A stretch of DNA of 63,590 nucleotides from a virus. Its lineage: Duplodnaviria > Caudoviricetes. Location of the stretch: IMG/VR virus record IMGVR_UViG_3300014501_000004, positions 1 through 63,590 of that record. One strand, given 5' to 3'. The translations under genes and the position numbers were made by a program. The notes under the pieces were generated by a model. It saw only the letters and a list, made by a program, of their open reading frames with translations. It was not told the DNA's origin and did not search any database. Below, piece by piece: positions 29,699-39,701 of this stretch (the first letter of the stretch is position 1; each line of letters begins with the position of its first letter).

Positions 29699-30985
29699 AT
29701 GCGTCCCGTCGTGCTCGACTTCGAGACGTACTTCGCTGACGACTATACGCTGTCGAAGATGACCCAAGAGGCGTACACGCGCGACCCGCGTTTCGAAGCC
29801 CACGGTGCCGCGATCAAATGGGATGCCAACACGTCGGCACAATGGTACGATCAGCGCGAGCTTGCCTACATCCTGAAAGAAGAGGACTGGTCCGATGTTT
29901 TTCTTATCCATCATCATGCTCAATTTGACGGGTTCATCCTTAGTCAGCATTACGATGTTCATCCTGCCATGTTCGGCTGTACGCTCTCGATGGCTCGTCT
30001 TTTGCTTGGGAATCATCTCTCGGTCTCCCTCGATTCGGTCCGTAAACATTTCGGAATTCCTGCCAAGACAACGCCTTACAATTTGTTTCGCGGAAAACAC
30101 TGGAACGAATTGACACCACAGGTTCAACAACAAATAGGCGAAGGCGCCATCGACGAAGTCGAGTCGATCTGGAAAATTTTTGGACTTCTGATGAAAGCAG
30201 GCTTTCCGCCCGCCGAACTCGAAGTCGTTGATTCCATCGTCAAAATGTTTTGCGAGCCCGTCCTCGAACTCGATACCGCCATGCTTGCCCAACTCTGGGA
30301 GTCGGAAGCGACTCGCAAGATCAATGGCGTCAAAGCGCTAGGCATTGACAATGGTCAATTGTCGTCGTCCAATCTGTTCACTGAACTACTGGAAGCCGAA
30401 GGCATCGAGATCGAATACAAGGACGGAAAGAATGGACCCATCCCCGCTTTCGCCAAGAACGACCCGTTCATGCGGGACTTCCTCTGTGAGCACGACAACC
30501 CTCGCGTTCGTGCGCTGGCGGAAGCGCGCCTTGCGGAAAAATCCACTCTCTTGCAAACACGAGCCGCGACGCTGGGCTGGGTGGCGTCACGCGGACCTGC
30601 ACCTGTTTACCTATTTTACTCTGGAGCTGGCACGTTACGACCGTCTGGAGGAGATGGGTGTCTTACTGCTCAAACGCAGATATTGACACTTGACATCTCC
30701 GGCACACCAAAATACAAAAACATCGTAGACGTGCTTATCACCGACTTGGTGTGGGACGGCGAGGAATTCGTCGAGCACAACGGTGTAGCTTTCCAAGGCT
30801 ATAGAGAGGTCGTTAGTTGGGATGGGATCAACGGCACATCTGATCACCAAGTCCTCGCTGGTGAAACGTGGCAAGACCTTGGGGAGGCTATACGCACAAA
30901 AACGCCTATCGTGGATTGTCGCGAACCCACGCCTTGGGAAGTGGAGGCTGGTCGCGCCCGCCAACGCTCGCGCGCTATGGGTTAA
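29699..30985 (+). CDS. polA: DNA polymerase family A, N-terminal part (3'-5' exonuclease) fused to split intein N-half
   Basis: VLDFETY, HHAQFD; intein begins CLTAQTQI at 30659, block B GTSDHQV. Confidence 0.88.
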   Translation: MRPVVLDFETYFADDYTLSKMTQEAYTRDPRFEAHGAAIKWDANTSAQWYDQRELAYILKEEDWSDVFLIHHHAQFDGFILSQHYDVHPAMFGCTLSMARLLLGNHLSVSLDSVRKHFGIPAKTTPYNLFRGKHWNELTPQVQQQIGEGAIDEVESIWKIFGLLMKAGFPPAELEVVDSIVKMFCEPVLELDTAMLAQLWESEATRKINGVKALGIDNGQLSSSNLFTELLEAEGIEIEYKDGKNGPIPAFAKNDPFMRDFLCEHDNPRVRALAEARLAEKSTLLQTRAATLGWVASRGPAPVYLFYSGAGTLRPSGGDGCLTAQTQILTLDISGTPKYKNIVDVLITDLVWDGEEFVEHNGVAFQGYREVVSWDGINGTSDHQVLAGETWQDLGEAIRTKTPIVDCREPTPWEVEAGRARQRSRAMG

Positions 30986-31373
30986 GTGTGAATGTGATTG
31001 CGGAACACGAAGAAAGGTTCTGCTAAAGGATTTGAAGGCAGGAAAATCTACGCAGTGCGGACTTTGTATCGAACAACCTTCGTTCTACCCCACTGTGCAA
31101 GACAAAAAATTGGCGCGCGCAATCAATCAGTGGAAAGTAAGATGTTGCTGGCCAAAGGCTTCAAACTACAAAGACTACGGCGGACGGGGAATAGAATTTA
31201 GATTCGCATCAGTCCAAGAAGCATTTGCATGGGTAGTTGAAAATATAGGATATCCGCCGCCAGGATTAAGCATCGATCGTATCGACAACGAGAGACACTA
31301 TGAACCAGGCAATCTCCGATGGGCAACTCGATCAGAACAAATGTTCAACCGTCGCGCTTGGAAAATGGTGTAA
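30822..31373 (+). CDS. Free-standing HNH-type homing endonuclease between the intein halves
   Basis: CECDCG, YGGRGI, SIDRIDNERHYEPGNLRWAT; start uncertain. Confidence 0.85.
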   Translation: MGSTAHLITKSSLVKRGKTLGRLYAQKRLSWIVANPRLGKWRLVAPANARALWVKCECDCGTRRKVLLKDLKAGKSTQCGLCIEQPSFYPTVQDKKLARAINQWKVRCCWPKASNYKDYGGRGIEFRFASVQEAFAWVVENIGYPPPGLSIDRIDNERHYEPGNLRWATRSEQMFNRRAWKMV

Positions 31374-32356
31374 AGCTGCCCGTTTACGACATTATAAATT
31401 GCGGACCGCGAAATCGGTTCGGAGCAAACGGAAAGTTAGTTCATAATTGCAACTGGCTTAACTTCAAACGTGGTTCCCCTATTCGTCGAGCAATCAAGGC
31501 GCCGACTGGATTTTATCTAGCGCCGGTAGATTCGTCCCAACTTGAATGCCGGATCGCGCATTATCTCGCCGGCGGCGCCGATGAACCGGTGGTTCGGGAT
31601 TTCAGGGCCGGTAAGGATCCCTACGTTGGCGTGGCGTCACATTTTTACCAGGAAGAAATTTACAAGGCCGAAGTCGGCGATCCGCGCTACGACGAAATGA
31701 CCGCCAAGCGCGGCATGGGCAAGCAAGGGAGGCTCATGTGCGCTTTCGGTGCGTCCGGCAAGCAGTTCAAGGCGACCGCGGCATCCGGCACATACGGCCC
31801 GCGTGTCGACATGACGCTGGATGAAGCTGACAAGTTCGTTGCATTGTACCGGCAGGACAATCCGTCGATCTGCGCCCGCGGCACCGGCTACTGGGCGCAA
31901 TGTGAGCGGATGCTGGCGCGGCTGGCTGGGGGCGATCCCATCGATTACGGTCCTGTCCACATCGAAAATCATCGAATCTATCTACAAGGACGTCCGATGA
32001 TTTATGACACCATCGAGTACCACACGCCGCAATCGGACGAGGAAAACCCCAGGCGAGGCTGGCGCGTCAAGAAGCGCGATGGCTGGCGCTTCATCTGGGG
32101 CTCGAAACTTCTGCAAAATTTGTGCGAAGGTATCGAGACAGTAATTATCTCGCAGGCTATGACCCGCATCAAGAAAAAATATGGTATCCGGACCTTGAAC
32201 TGGCCTTATGATGAGTTACTGTTGCTGATACCTCGTAATGGCCGGGAAGAAGAAATGCTGGCGTTGTGCAAGGCCGAGATGGTCGTCGAGCCTTCGTGGC
32301 TGCCGGGATTGCCGCTGGCGTGTGATGGGAGTTTGTCAGATCGCTATGAGAAGTAG
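31319..32356 (+). CDS. polA: Split intein C-half fused to DNA polymerase family A catalytic part
   Basis: VYDI...RFGANGKLVHN/C; motif A DSSQLECR, motif B RGMGK...FG, motif C YDE. Confidence 0.88.
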   Translation: MGNSIRTNVQPSRLENGVKLPVYDIINCGPRNRFGANGKLVHNCNWLNFKRGSPIRRAIKAPTGFYLAPVDSSQLECRIAHYLAGGADEPVVRDFRAGKDPYVGVASHFYQEEIYKAEVGDPRYDEMTAKRGMGKQGRLMCAFGASGKQFKATAASGTYGPRVDMTLDEADKFVALYRQDNPSICARGTGYWAQCERMLARLAGGDPIDYGPVHIENHRIYLQGRPMIYDTIEYHTPQSDEENPRRGWRVKKRDGWRFIWGSKLLQNLCEGIETVIISQAMTRIKKKYGIRTLNWPYDELLLLIPRNGREEEMLALCKAEMVVEPSWLPGLPLACDGSLSDRYEK

Positions 32357-33087
32357 AGCACTCATTGTCCGCGACTCGTTTTCCAACCCCTACACCTGGG
32401 GCTGGCACCGGTTTCTGATCTGGGAACGCTTGCGCAGAGGATTGTCGATATGACGACAATCACTGCCGAATACAACAACAGCAGGGACGGAATTATGACT
32501 TGGACCGTAGTCGATGATGGACCGATGATTCAGGTGCGAGCCATGATCAACCCGATCACTGATGCTGACGAACTGAAAAAGTTGATCATCGCTTTGGTTA
32601 AGCGACATCCGCAGATGGCGGGCCATGTCTGAATTGCGAATTACACAACTGGAAAAGGAAAACGCTGATGGACAGCACCTTGCCTGATTTCGAACAGCCC
32701 CCTGCATCGATCGAACCGGCGCCGAAGAAGCCGAGGCGCAAGCCGACCAAGCGCAAGAGACCAGTGAAAAAGGCTGCGGTTCGCGTTGCGGCTCCCAAGC
32801 GACCGAGGAAGGTTCGGCCGGCGAGGAAGCGCGTCGTCACGCCAATGAACACCAAGAATACGAACCATGGCGGGCGATTCACAGTCGAAGCCTATCGGTT
32901 GATCGGGTTGCTGCTGGAACAGGACGTTCCTAATCGCAATCTGATCATGGCGATCGTCAAGGGAATGTCATGACCGATTTCGCTGCCGAGCTGAAGGAAC
33001 TGATCGACCGGTGGCGGCAGCATCCCGACGTCTACGACGAGGATTTAGTGCTGGCGCTGGCAGAAGCCATCAACGAGCTTGACCCCG

Positions 33088-33813
33088 ATGACGACGATTG
33101 ACCTTACGATTCCTGATTACCTGCGGCGAGACAAGGACAATAAGATGCCGGAAATTTCGAAGCCGCTGGTGTACAGCTTCACCATGCTGAACACGGCGGA
33201 CACCTGCCTGCATCGTTGCTATCGCCAGTACGTCAAGCGCGATATTCCATACGTGCCGACGCCTGAGATGGAGTTCGGTAACGAAGTCCACACCGCGATG
33301 GAGCATCGGGTCGGCGGTAAGCCGCTGCCAGAAAAAATGCGGCACTGGGAGCCGATCGCTGCGACCTTCGCCCGCCCCGGCGCGCGTTCGGAAATGAAGA
33401 TGGGCGTTACCCGCGACGCAAAACCGGCCGAGTTTTTCGGCAAGGACGTTTTTTTGCGGGGCAAGATCGACGTCACGCTGATCGAGGGCACGTCGGCGTT
33501 TCTTCCGGATTGGAAGACGGGAGGTAGCCGCTACGAAGATCCGTTTGAGTTGGAAATCCAGGCGCTGATGCTCAAGATCGCCAATCCTTATTTGACCAAA
33601 ATTGGCGGGTGTTACGTGTGGCTCAAGGAAAACCGAATTGGCAAGCCTTACGATCTGACCGACGTCAATTCGACGTGGGCGAAGGTTCACAACAAGGTCG
33701 AGGTGATCGAGGACGCGATGAAGGCGGGCGAATGGCCGAAGACCAAGGGGCTGTTGTGCGGATTCTGCGGCGTCAAGGACTGCGAGAACTGGTTCGAGGC
33801 GAGGCCGAAATGA
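33088..33813 (+). CDS. Cas4/RecB-like PD-(D/E)XK exonuclease
   Basis: GNEVH, RGKIDV, DWKTG, C-terminal CGFC...C. Confidence 0.85.
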   Translation: MTTIDLTIPDYLRRDKDNKMPEISKPLVYSFTMLNTADTCLHRCYRQYVKRDIPYVPTPEMEFGNEVHTAMEHRVGGKPLPEKMRHWEPIAATFARPGARSEMKMGVTRDAKPAEFFGKDVFLRGKIDVTLIEGTSAFLPDWKTGGSRYEDPFELEIQALMLKIANPYLTKIGGCYVWLKENRIGKPYDLTDVNSTWAKVHNKVEVIEDAMKAGEWPKTKGLLCGFCGVKDCENWFEARPK

Positions 33814-34124
33814 TCCACACTCCTGAATGGTACGAAAAACGCGATATAGGACTGTTTCTCGACCGGCTCGGGCCTGATATCTGTTCTTATGTCAAACATA
33901 CGACCGGCGGCTTCGGAAAATCCGGTAACGGCGACTTCACGGTAAATCTCATGGGCGCGTACTGGAATGTTGAGGCGAAGCGGCCTGGGAAAGAACCAAC
34001 TGGAGTTCAGGAGCGTCGGGCCAACGAGGTCAGGCGCGCCCGAGGGCATTCGGTAGCCGGCACCGCCGAGGTGGTGATCGCTGCCATGCGCGAGTGGCTG
34101 GCTGTCAGGGGCGTGGTGGTGTGA
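33810..34124 (+). CDS. VRR-NUC-like nuclease
   Basis: G..D.....G....VEAKRPG..PT..Q. Confidence 0.75.
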   Translation: MIHTPEWYEKRDIGLFLDRLGPDICSYVKHTTGGFGKSGNGDFTVNLMGAYWNVEAKRPGKEPTGVQERRANEVRRARGHSVAGTAEVVIAAMREWLAVRGVVV

Positions 34125-34882
34125 CCACAATCATCTCCTACGGCATCGGCACGGATTCGACCGCGTGCATTCTGCTCATGATGGCGAAGCGCGAGCCCCC
34201 ACCGCACGCGATCTTGTCAGCGGATACCGGCGGGGAACGCAGCTACACTTACGACTACTTAAAAATGTTTTCGGCGTTCATCCAGCGTTATGGTTGGCCC
34301 GCGATCACGGTTGTTCGTCGTCAACGCCGCGACAAGTCGTGGAAGTCACTGGAGCAAGATTGCCTGGATCGCAACGCGCTGCCCTCGGTCGCCTACGGAT
34401 GGAAGACGTGCAGCCAGAGTTATAAAGTGGCGCCGCAGGATAAATGGGCCAACAGCGACGCACATTGCAAAGTCGAGTGGAAGGCCGGGCGCAAGATCAC
34501 AAAAATCATCGGGTATAATTTTGACGAGACCAAGCGCGCCAGTTTCGGCGAGGACAAAAAATATATTCGGCGCTATCCGCTGATCGAGTGGGAAATCGGA
34601 AAAGAAAAAGCGAAGTGGGTTATCGAACGCGCCGGTCTCCCACTTCCCGGCAAGTCGGCTTGTTTTTTCTGTCCGCATGCCAAGGTGCCCGAGATAAAAA
34701 AGCTCGCCGTCGAGTACCCCGATCTCGCGCAGCGCGCACTGGCAATCGAGGCGGGCGCGAAATTGACTAAAATCAAGGGACTCGGCCGTCGCTTTGCCTG
34801 GGCCGATGTTTTACGCGATCACAACTTCGCTCCTGTAGAAGACCCGTTCGACGAAGAACCTTGCGGCTGTTACGATGGCTGA
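34121..34882 (+). CDS. PAPS reductase-like (PP-loop) protein
   Basis: SYGIGTDST, ADTGGE, KSACFFCP. Confidence 0.8.
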   Translation: MTTIISYGIGTDSTACILLMMAKREPPPHAILSADTGGERSYTYDYLKMFSAFIQRYGWPAITVVRRQRRDKSWKSLEQDCLDRNALPSVAYGWKTCSQSYKVAPQDKWANSDAHCKVEWKAGRKITKIIGYNFDETKRASFGEDKKYIRRYPLIEWEIGKEKAKWVIERAGLPLPGKSACFFCPHAKVPEIKKLAVEYPDLAQRALAIEAGAKLTKIKGLGRRFAWADVLRDHNFAPVEDPFDEEPCGCYDG

Positions 34883-36542
34883 ATTCTGGCTCGACGACTC
34901 CCGCAACCTCGTCATCTACGCAGGCCAGCCCGGCACTCTCACGCAATACATCCCCGACCTCATCACGCTCAGCCCCACTCACTTCGCCGTCAAGCGCACG
35001 CTACAGAACCTGCAGGTGCTGGCGTATTATAATTGGTCCGTGCCCCCGGTCATGACGGATTCGAATTACGACTGGCCGATCGAGCCCGGCAAGACGCCGC
35101 TGCCACACCAGAAGGTCTACGCCAATTTTACCGTGTTGCATCCGAGGATGATGAATCTCGGGGAGCCCGGAACAATGAAAACCATCGCCACTTTGTGGGC
35201 AATGGACTATCTATTGCTGCAGGCGAAAGAACGCTTTCGGTGTATCGTGGTCGCCCCCCTGACCATCCTGGAAACGACATGGGCCAAGACGATTTATCGC
35301 AATTTCCTCGGACGTCGTTCGTTCGAGATTTTAACCGGTACGCCAGAGCGTCGACTAAAGCGACTGGAATCTGATGTCGACATATTTTTAATCAATCACG
35401 ACGGCATCAAAGTCGGCGCCCATATTCGTCGCAAGGTCGATCCTCGTAATCCTCGTCAGAAGCGCATTGAACTGGATGGCTTTTCCGCGGCGCTCGCTGC
35501 CCGTGACGATATAAAACTGGTTGTGATTGACGAGGCGCATGGTTTTGGCGACCCGTCGTCCGCGCGCTCGGGCGTCGCCAATATGCTGTTCGGCGTTGGC
35601 AAACGACCGATGTTGAAGCAGCTCACGGGTACGCCGACAGCTACCGCGCCGACCGACGCCTACGGTATCGCAAAATTATCGAATAATGCTTACGGCAAAT
35701 CGTGGACCGGGTTCAGACTTGAAACGATGATAAAAGTCAGCGAGTTCCGCTGGATTCCCAAGAAAGAAGGCTATGACGCCGCACGGCGCCTTTTGACACC
35801 TGCGATCCGATTTGGGCTCGATGAAATATGGACCGAAGGCGTTGACCTGCCGATGACCTTTCAGCGCCGCAAGGTCGAGTTGACCGAGGCCCAGAAGCAG
35901 GAGATGAAGCGGCTCAAGAACGAGTTGCAGGTAATCTCGGCCTCGGGTCACGCCATCAGCGCCGCCAACGAGTCGGCGGCCCGCCAGAAACTAATTCAGC
36001 TTTCTCTCGGCGCGATATACGACGGCGACCACGTCGCGCACCTGCTCGACGCCGCGCCTCGTTACCGCGAGCTGGAAGAAATAGTCGAGTCTACCGAGCG
36101 CAAAGTCGTGGTGTTCGTGCCGATCACCTCAGCCCTGCATCTCGTTGTCAAATATCTGCGGGAAACCTGGAAGCGCAAGAAACGACCGTGGAAGTGCGAC
36201 TTCATCAATGGCGAGGTAGCAGCGGGGAAAGAACGCGACGCGGTGATCAACAACTTTGTCAGCGATCCCGACTTCAAACTGGTGGTAGCCGACCCGCAGA
36301 CCGCCACCGAAGGCATAAATGAATTCGTGATTGCCGACACGGTTGTCTGGTTCGGCGCCACCGACCGGGCCAAGGCGTGGATACAGGGCAACGCGCGGGT
36401 TCGGCGCCCGGGGCAGTTGTATCCGTCTACCTGCTTCCAGCTGGTATCGACCAAGCTGGAGGAAGAAATCTTCGATAGATTGGAGAATAATACCAGCATG
36501 CAAGGACTAATGTTGTCGGCGATAAGGCGGGGTGATTTTTAG
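34875..36542 (+). CDS. SNF2-like SF2 helicase
   Basis: PGTMKT, DEAH, LTGTP, QGNARVRRPGQ. Confidence 0.88.
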   Translation: MAEFWLDDSRNLVIYAGQPGTLTQYIPDLITLSPTHFAVKRTLQNLQVLAYYNWSVPPVMTDSNYDWPIEPGKTPLPHQKVYANFTVLHPRMMNLGEPGTMKTIATLWAMDYLLLQAKERFRCIVVAPLTILETTWAKTIYRNFLGRRSFEILTGTPERRLKRLESDVDIFLINHDGIKVGAHIRRKVDPRNPRQKRIELDGFSAALAARDDIKLVVIDEAHGFGDPSSARSGVANMLFGVGKRPMLKQLTGTPTATAPTDAYGIAKLSNNAYGKSWTGFRLETMIKVSEFRWIPKKEGYDAARRLLTPAIRFGLDEIWTEGVDLPMTFQRRKVELTEAQKQEMKRLKNELQVISASGHAISAANESAARQKLIQLSLGAIYDGDHVAHLLDAAPRYRELEEIVESTERKVVVFVPITSALHLVVKYLRETWKRKKRPWKCDFINGEVAAGKERDAVINNFVSDPDFKLVVADPQTATEGINEFVIADTVVWFGATDRAKAWIQGNARVRRPGQLYPSTCFQLVSTKLEEEIFDRLENNTSMQGLMLSAIRRGDF

Positions 36543-36582
36543 TACTTGACAATGATTCTAATCTCGTAGAAATTACGAACGA

Positions 36583-36689
36583 AGTTATTTCGGAGATACG
36601 GATAGATGTTGTAGTGGCGTTGAAAAGCATCGTTGAAGGTGGCGGCCACTACCGGTTCCTGAGATGCCTGCCGTATCTGCGAAATAACT
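36583..36689. other. Long nested inverted-repeat structure in a gene leader
   Basis: 19-bp arms 36583-36601/36671-36689 with one mismatch; inner 8-bp stem 36611-36618/36645-36652. Confidence 0.7.
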
Positions 36690-36704
36690 ATCAAAAGGAA
36701 CAAC

Positions 36705-37187
36705 ATGCCCCCTCGCCATCGCTCCGCTCCCACGCCGCAAGCCAGAGATCGATTAGCTGCAGTCGAACCCCCGCCCCCCGCCGGCCACAACTCGGAAGCA
36801 ACCGACGACGCCTTGATCGCCGAGAACTTCCGGATCGAGGAGCAGATCAAGGCCGCCAGTGCCAAGCTCGACGAGTGGGCTGCCCCGCACAAGGCGCGAA
36901 TCAAGGAAATCGAGGATCAGTTGTTCGCCCGCCTCACGGAACGCAAGGCTGACTCCACCAAGACCGACAGCGGCACGGCTTACATCTCGACTGTCGGCTC
37001 GGTGAAGATCGAAGATCAGGAAAAACTGTTCGACTTCGCCGCGGACAATTGGGAAGCCTTCAAGGGCGAGATCAAGCTGGCCATCGGCATCAAGGCCGTG
37101 CGTCGGTACATGGAAGAACACGAGGGCAACGAGCCGCCCGGCACCAAACTCAGCAATTTTAACAGGCTTAATATCAACAGGAGCTAA
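36705..37187 (+). CDS. Hypothetical replication/recombination-module protein
   Basis: Coiled-coil, KTDSGTAY, PPG; AAAGGA RBS. Confidence 0.75.
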   Translation: MPPRHRSAPTPQARDRLAAVEPPPPAGHNSEATDDALIAENFRIEEQIKAASAKLDEWAAPHKARIKEIEDQLFARLTERKADSTKTDSGTAYISTVGSVKIEDQEKLFDFAADNWEAFKGEIKLAIGIKAVRRYMEEHEGNEPPGTKLSNFNRLNINRS

Positions 37188-37188
37188 C

Positions 37189-38394
37189 ATGAATTTGCCA
37201 GCCCATCTTCAGCAATATCAAGCCCCCGATATCAACGCCGCGCTCGGCCAGAACCTCGGCAGCGCGATGCCGCCGCACGTCTCGATCGAGGGTGGCCGGT
37301 TCACCCTGGTCGACGCCTCGAACAACGAGATACCGGTCCCGACGTTCGATCCGAAGATCGGCGTCTATCTCGACGGCGCATTGATCGACGTCAATGAGCA
37401 CATGAGCCGGATGTATTACATCAAGGATTATGACCCGTCGGCTGCGGGCGCCCCGCCGGACTGCTGGTCCGACAACGGCGTCGCCGCCTCGATCGGCGCC
37501 ACGTCAGTCCCGCTGCTGCAGCCTCCGCACCCGCGCGCCGGCCAGCCGGCTGCGACCTGCGCGGAATGTTCGATGGCGGTGTGGGGATCGAAGATATCGA
37601 ACCTCGGCAGCAAAATTCCGGCTTGCAGCCAGAAGCAGAAGGTTGCGCTGCTGGTTCCGGGGTTCCCGACGTTGTTCTTGCTGGCGGTGCCGCCGAACAG
37701 CCACAAGTTCCTGCGCGAGTACGTGGAGAAGTGCCGGGGCAGCGGTATCAACATGGCCGACGTCATCACTCGCATCTCGTTCGTGCCGGGCGTGCAAGGC
37801 ACCTTGCAGTTCTCCGGCGTCAATTACATCGACGAGCCGACCGCCAAATTGCGTCAGGCTGCATACGCCGAGAAGAAGACCGACGCCCTGGTGGGGCGGA
37901 ACGACGTGCCGCGGCAAGGCACCGCCCAGATCGTGCAACAGAACACGCCGGGGATGACCCACGGGCAGGCCGCACAGCTTGAGCATCAGTTGCAGGCTCC
38001 GGCCCAGCAGGCGCAACAGCCCACCCCTTTTGTCCCGTCTGCGGCTACGGCCCTCTTCCCGACCCAGCAATCGTCGGGTCAGCCCCTTGTCCAGTCTGCG
38101 AACAATCCTGAACCCGCCCCCGCGACCCGCAGGCGACGCAGGACGGCGGCGGAGATGACGGCGGCCAATGAAGTGGCCGGTGCCAATCAGCTCCCCCAGC
38201 AGCCCGCCGCAGCCCCGCAGGCCCCCTTCCCGCACCCCGGACAACAGACGCAGCCGCAAGGAACCCAGGCGTTCATTACCAACGCCCCCAGCCAGCAGGC
38301 TCCGCAAGGCAGCTTCGGCATCGCGGCCGGCACGCCTGCAGCTGCGGATCCGGCGGTCAGCACCATGCTTGACAACTTCTTCGGAAAGAGCTGA
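37189..38394 (+). CDS. Putative ssDNA-binding/annealing protein
   Basis: Cys-containing core (PDCWS, CAEC, ACS), Q/P-rich tail ending LDNFFGKS; module position. Confidence 0.55.
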   Translation: MNLPAHLQQYQAPDINAALGQNLGSAMPPHVSIEGGRFTLVDASNNEIPVPTFDPKIGVYLDGALIDVNEHMSRMYYIKDYDPSAAGAPPDCWSDNGVAASIGATSVPLLQPPHPRAGQPAATCAECSMAVWGSKISNLGSKIPACSQKQKVALLVPGFPTLFLLAVPPNSHKFLREYVEKCRGSGINMADVITRISFVPGVQGTLQFSGVNYIDEPTAKLRQAAYAEKKTDALVGRNDVPRQGTAQIVQQNTPGMTHGQAAQLEHQLQAPAQQAQQPTPFVPSAATALFPTQQSSGQPLVQSANNPEPAPATRRRRRTAAEMTAANEVAGANQLPQQPAAAPQAPFPHPGQQTQPQGTQAFITNAPSQQAPQGSFGIAAGTPAAADPAVSTMLDNFFGKS

Positions 38395-38397
38395 CCG

Positions 38398-38574
38398 ATG
38401 AGCTTTCAGTCCCGACTGAAAAAGTGCATGCGGCGACGCAACATGCGCGTCGCCGATCTCGCTCGCTGGTTCGATCGCCCGTACACCACCGTTCGCGAGT
38501 GGGTGCTGTACGGGCGCGAACCGGGGGAAGACAAGTATATTGCGAGACGGATGGTGGCGCTGGAACGGGCATGA
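38398..38574 (+). CDS. Small HTH protein (absent from the ORF track)
   Basis: MSFQSRLKK...VADLARWFDRPYTTVREWV. Confidence 0.7.
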   Translation: MSFQSRLKKCMRRRNMRVADLARWFDRPYTTVREWVLYGREPGEDKYIARRMVALERA

Positions 38575-38935
38575 CCAACCCCACGGACAACACGGCAGCA
38601 ATGCTGCCGATAACAATTGTTGAACCAATGAGAATAGCAAATGGTGGATGGATCAAGTTGTCGTCTGGCCGTGGTATCTTGTTATCAAAGGTAGATGCTT
38701 CCACTCTCCGCACCCCCACCTCGGTCATCAAGGGAGACCAGCGGGAGGCGATTGCGTGGGCATTGGTCCGTCGCCGTTTTCCGTTGGACAATCTGGAGCG
38801 ACTATTCAATCGGTTCAATGATAATCCTGCGCACGTTCCGGCAATTCATCGGCGCTGCATTGAAAATGCTTATGCCGACGCTGACGCCATCCTCGCCCTC
38901 GCCTCCCCCGACCATCGCGATAGCGGGGAGGCTTC

Positions 38936-39511
38936 TTAAGATCTCGGATTGACTATTGTGTAAGGCGAGATATCGATAACGTGCAGGCGCGTGGCGCGGC
39001 CTCCACTGTTCGCGTCGTACACCATCCACATATTACCCGACACCTGATATTCCAGAGCGATGACATGATGCGGTCGAACGCCGGCCATGTGCGGGGCAGC
39101 TACCGTTCTTTTGAAAGCATACCACGCTCGCGCCAGCCACGGAGCTGCACGAGCACTGCCCAACAGGCGAACCGCGGCGCCGCAGGCGCAGAATGCCGAG
39201 CGCGGACAGCCGGCCGGATGCTCGACGATCGTGGCTTCGCGCTGCACGACAGGAACTGCTCTGCGGGTGACCGGCGCGGATCGCAGGGCGTGGCGTTTCG
39301 GCGCTACCCCGCCGATTCCAAGCTCTCTCGCGACGTACTTACCGCGCGCCACGCGCTGATTCTCGCGTACCGCGGAAGGCGAAGTAGGCGCTATGCAAGG
39401 CCACAGGATGTTGCACATCGGATGCAGGCCGGTCGAGACGTGCCGCTGTCGGGCTTCAACGCCGCTTGAAAAAAGTCCGAGGAAGATCGCCGTCAGAACG
39501 AGATACTTCAT
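38936..39511 (-). CDS. Secreted CHAP/NlpC-P60-like protein
   Basis: Signal peptide; GCPRSAFCACGA, RPHHV, YDANSG. Confidence 0.6.
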   Translation of the reverse strand: MKYLVLTAIFLGLFSSGVEARQRHVSTGLHPMCNILWPCIAPTSPSAVRENQRVARGKYVARELGIGGVAPKRHALRSAPVTRRAVPVVQREATIVEHPAGCPRSAFCACGAAVRLLGSARAAPWLARAWYAFKRTVAAPHMAGVRPHHVIALEYQVSGNMWMVYDANSGGRATRLHVIDISPYTIVNPRS

Positions 39512-39701
39512 GTGATGCTCCTGTCAGATTTCTTCGATCGTCACGCGATAGGTTTTGTCCCGCTTTAATTCGCCGCGGGACCGTAAAAGGTTCAGTAAAA
39601 TGTGTTCATCTTGTGAATTGGGTGCCGATTCGACGGTCAGCAATATCTTGGAAATACCGTTGCGGGGCACCACCGCGGCAGCTTTTGCTTCGAACCGCAT
39701 G

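Noticed and set aside
29699-32356. Z-genome (2-aminoadenine) polymerase
   Set aside because: No PurZ-like or dATPase-like gene recognised.
33088-33813. Cas4-like gene as a CRISPR system
   Set aside because: No array or other cas genes seen; typical phage replication exonuclease.
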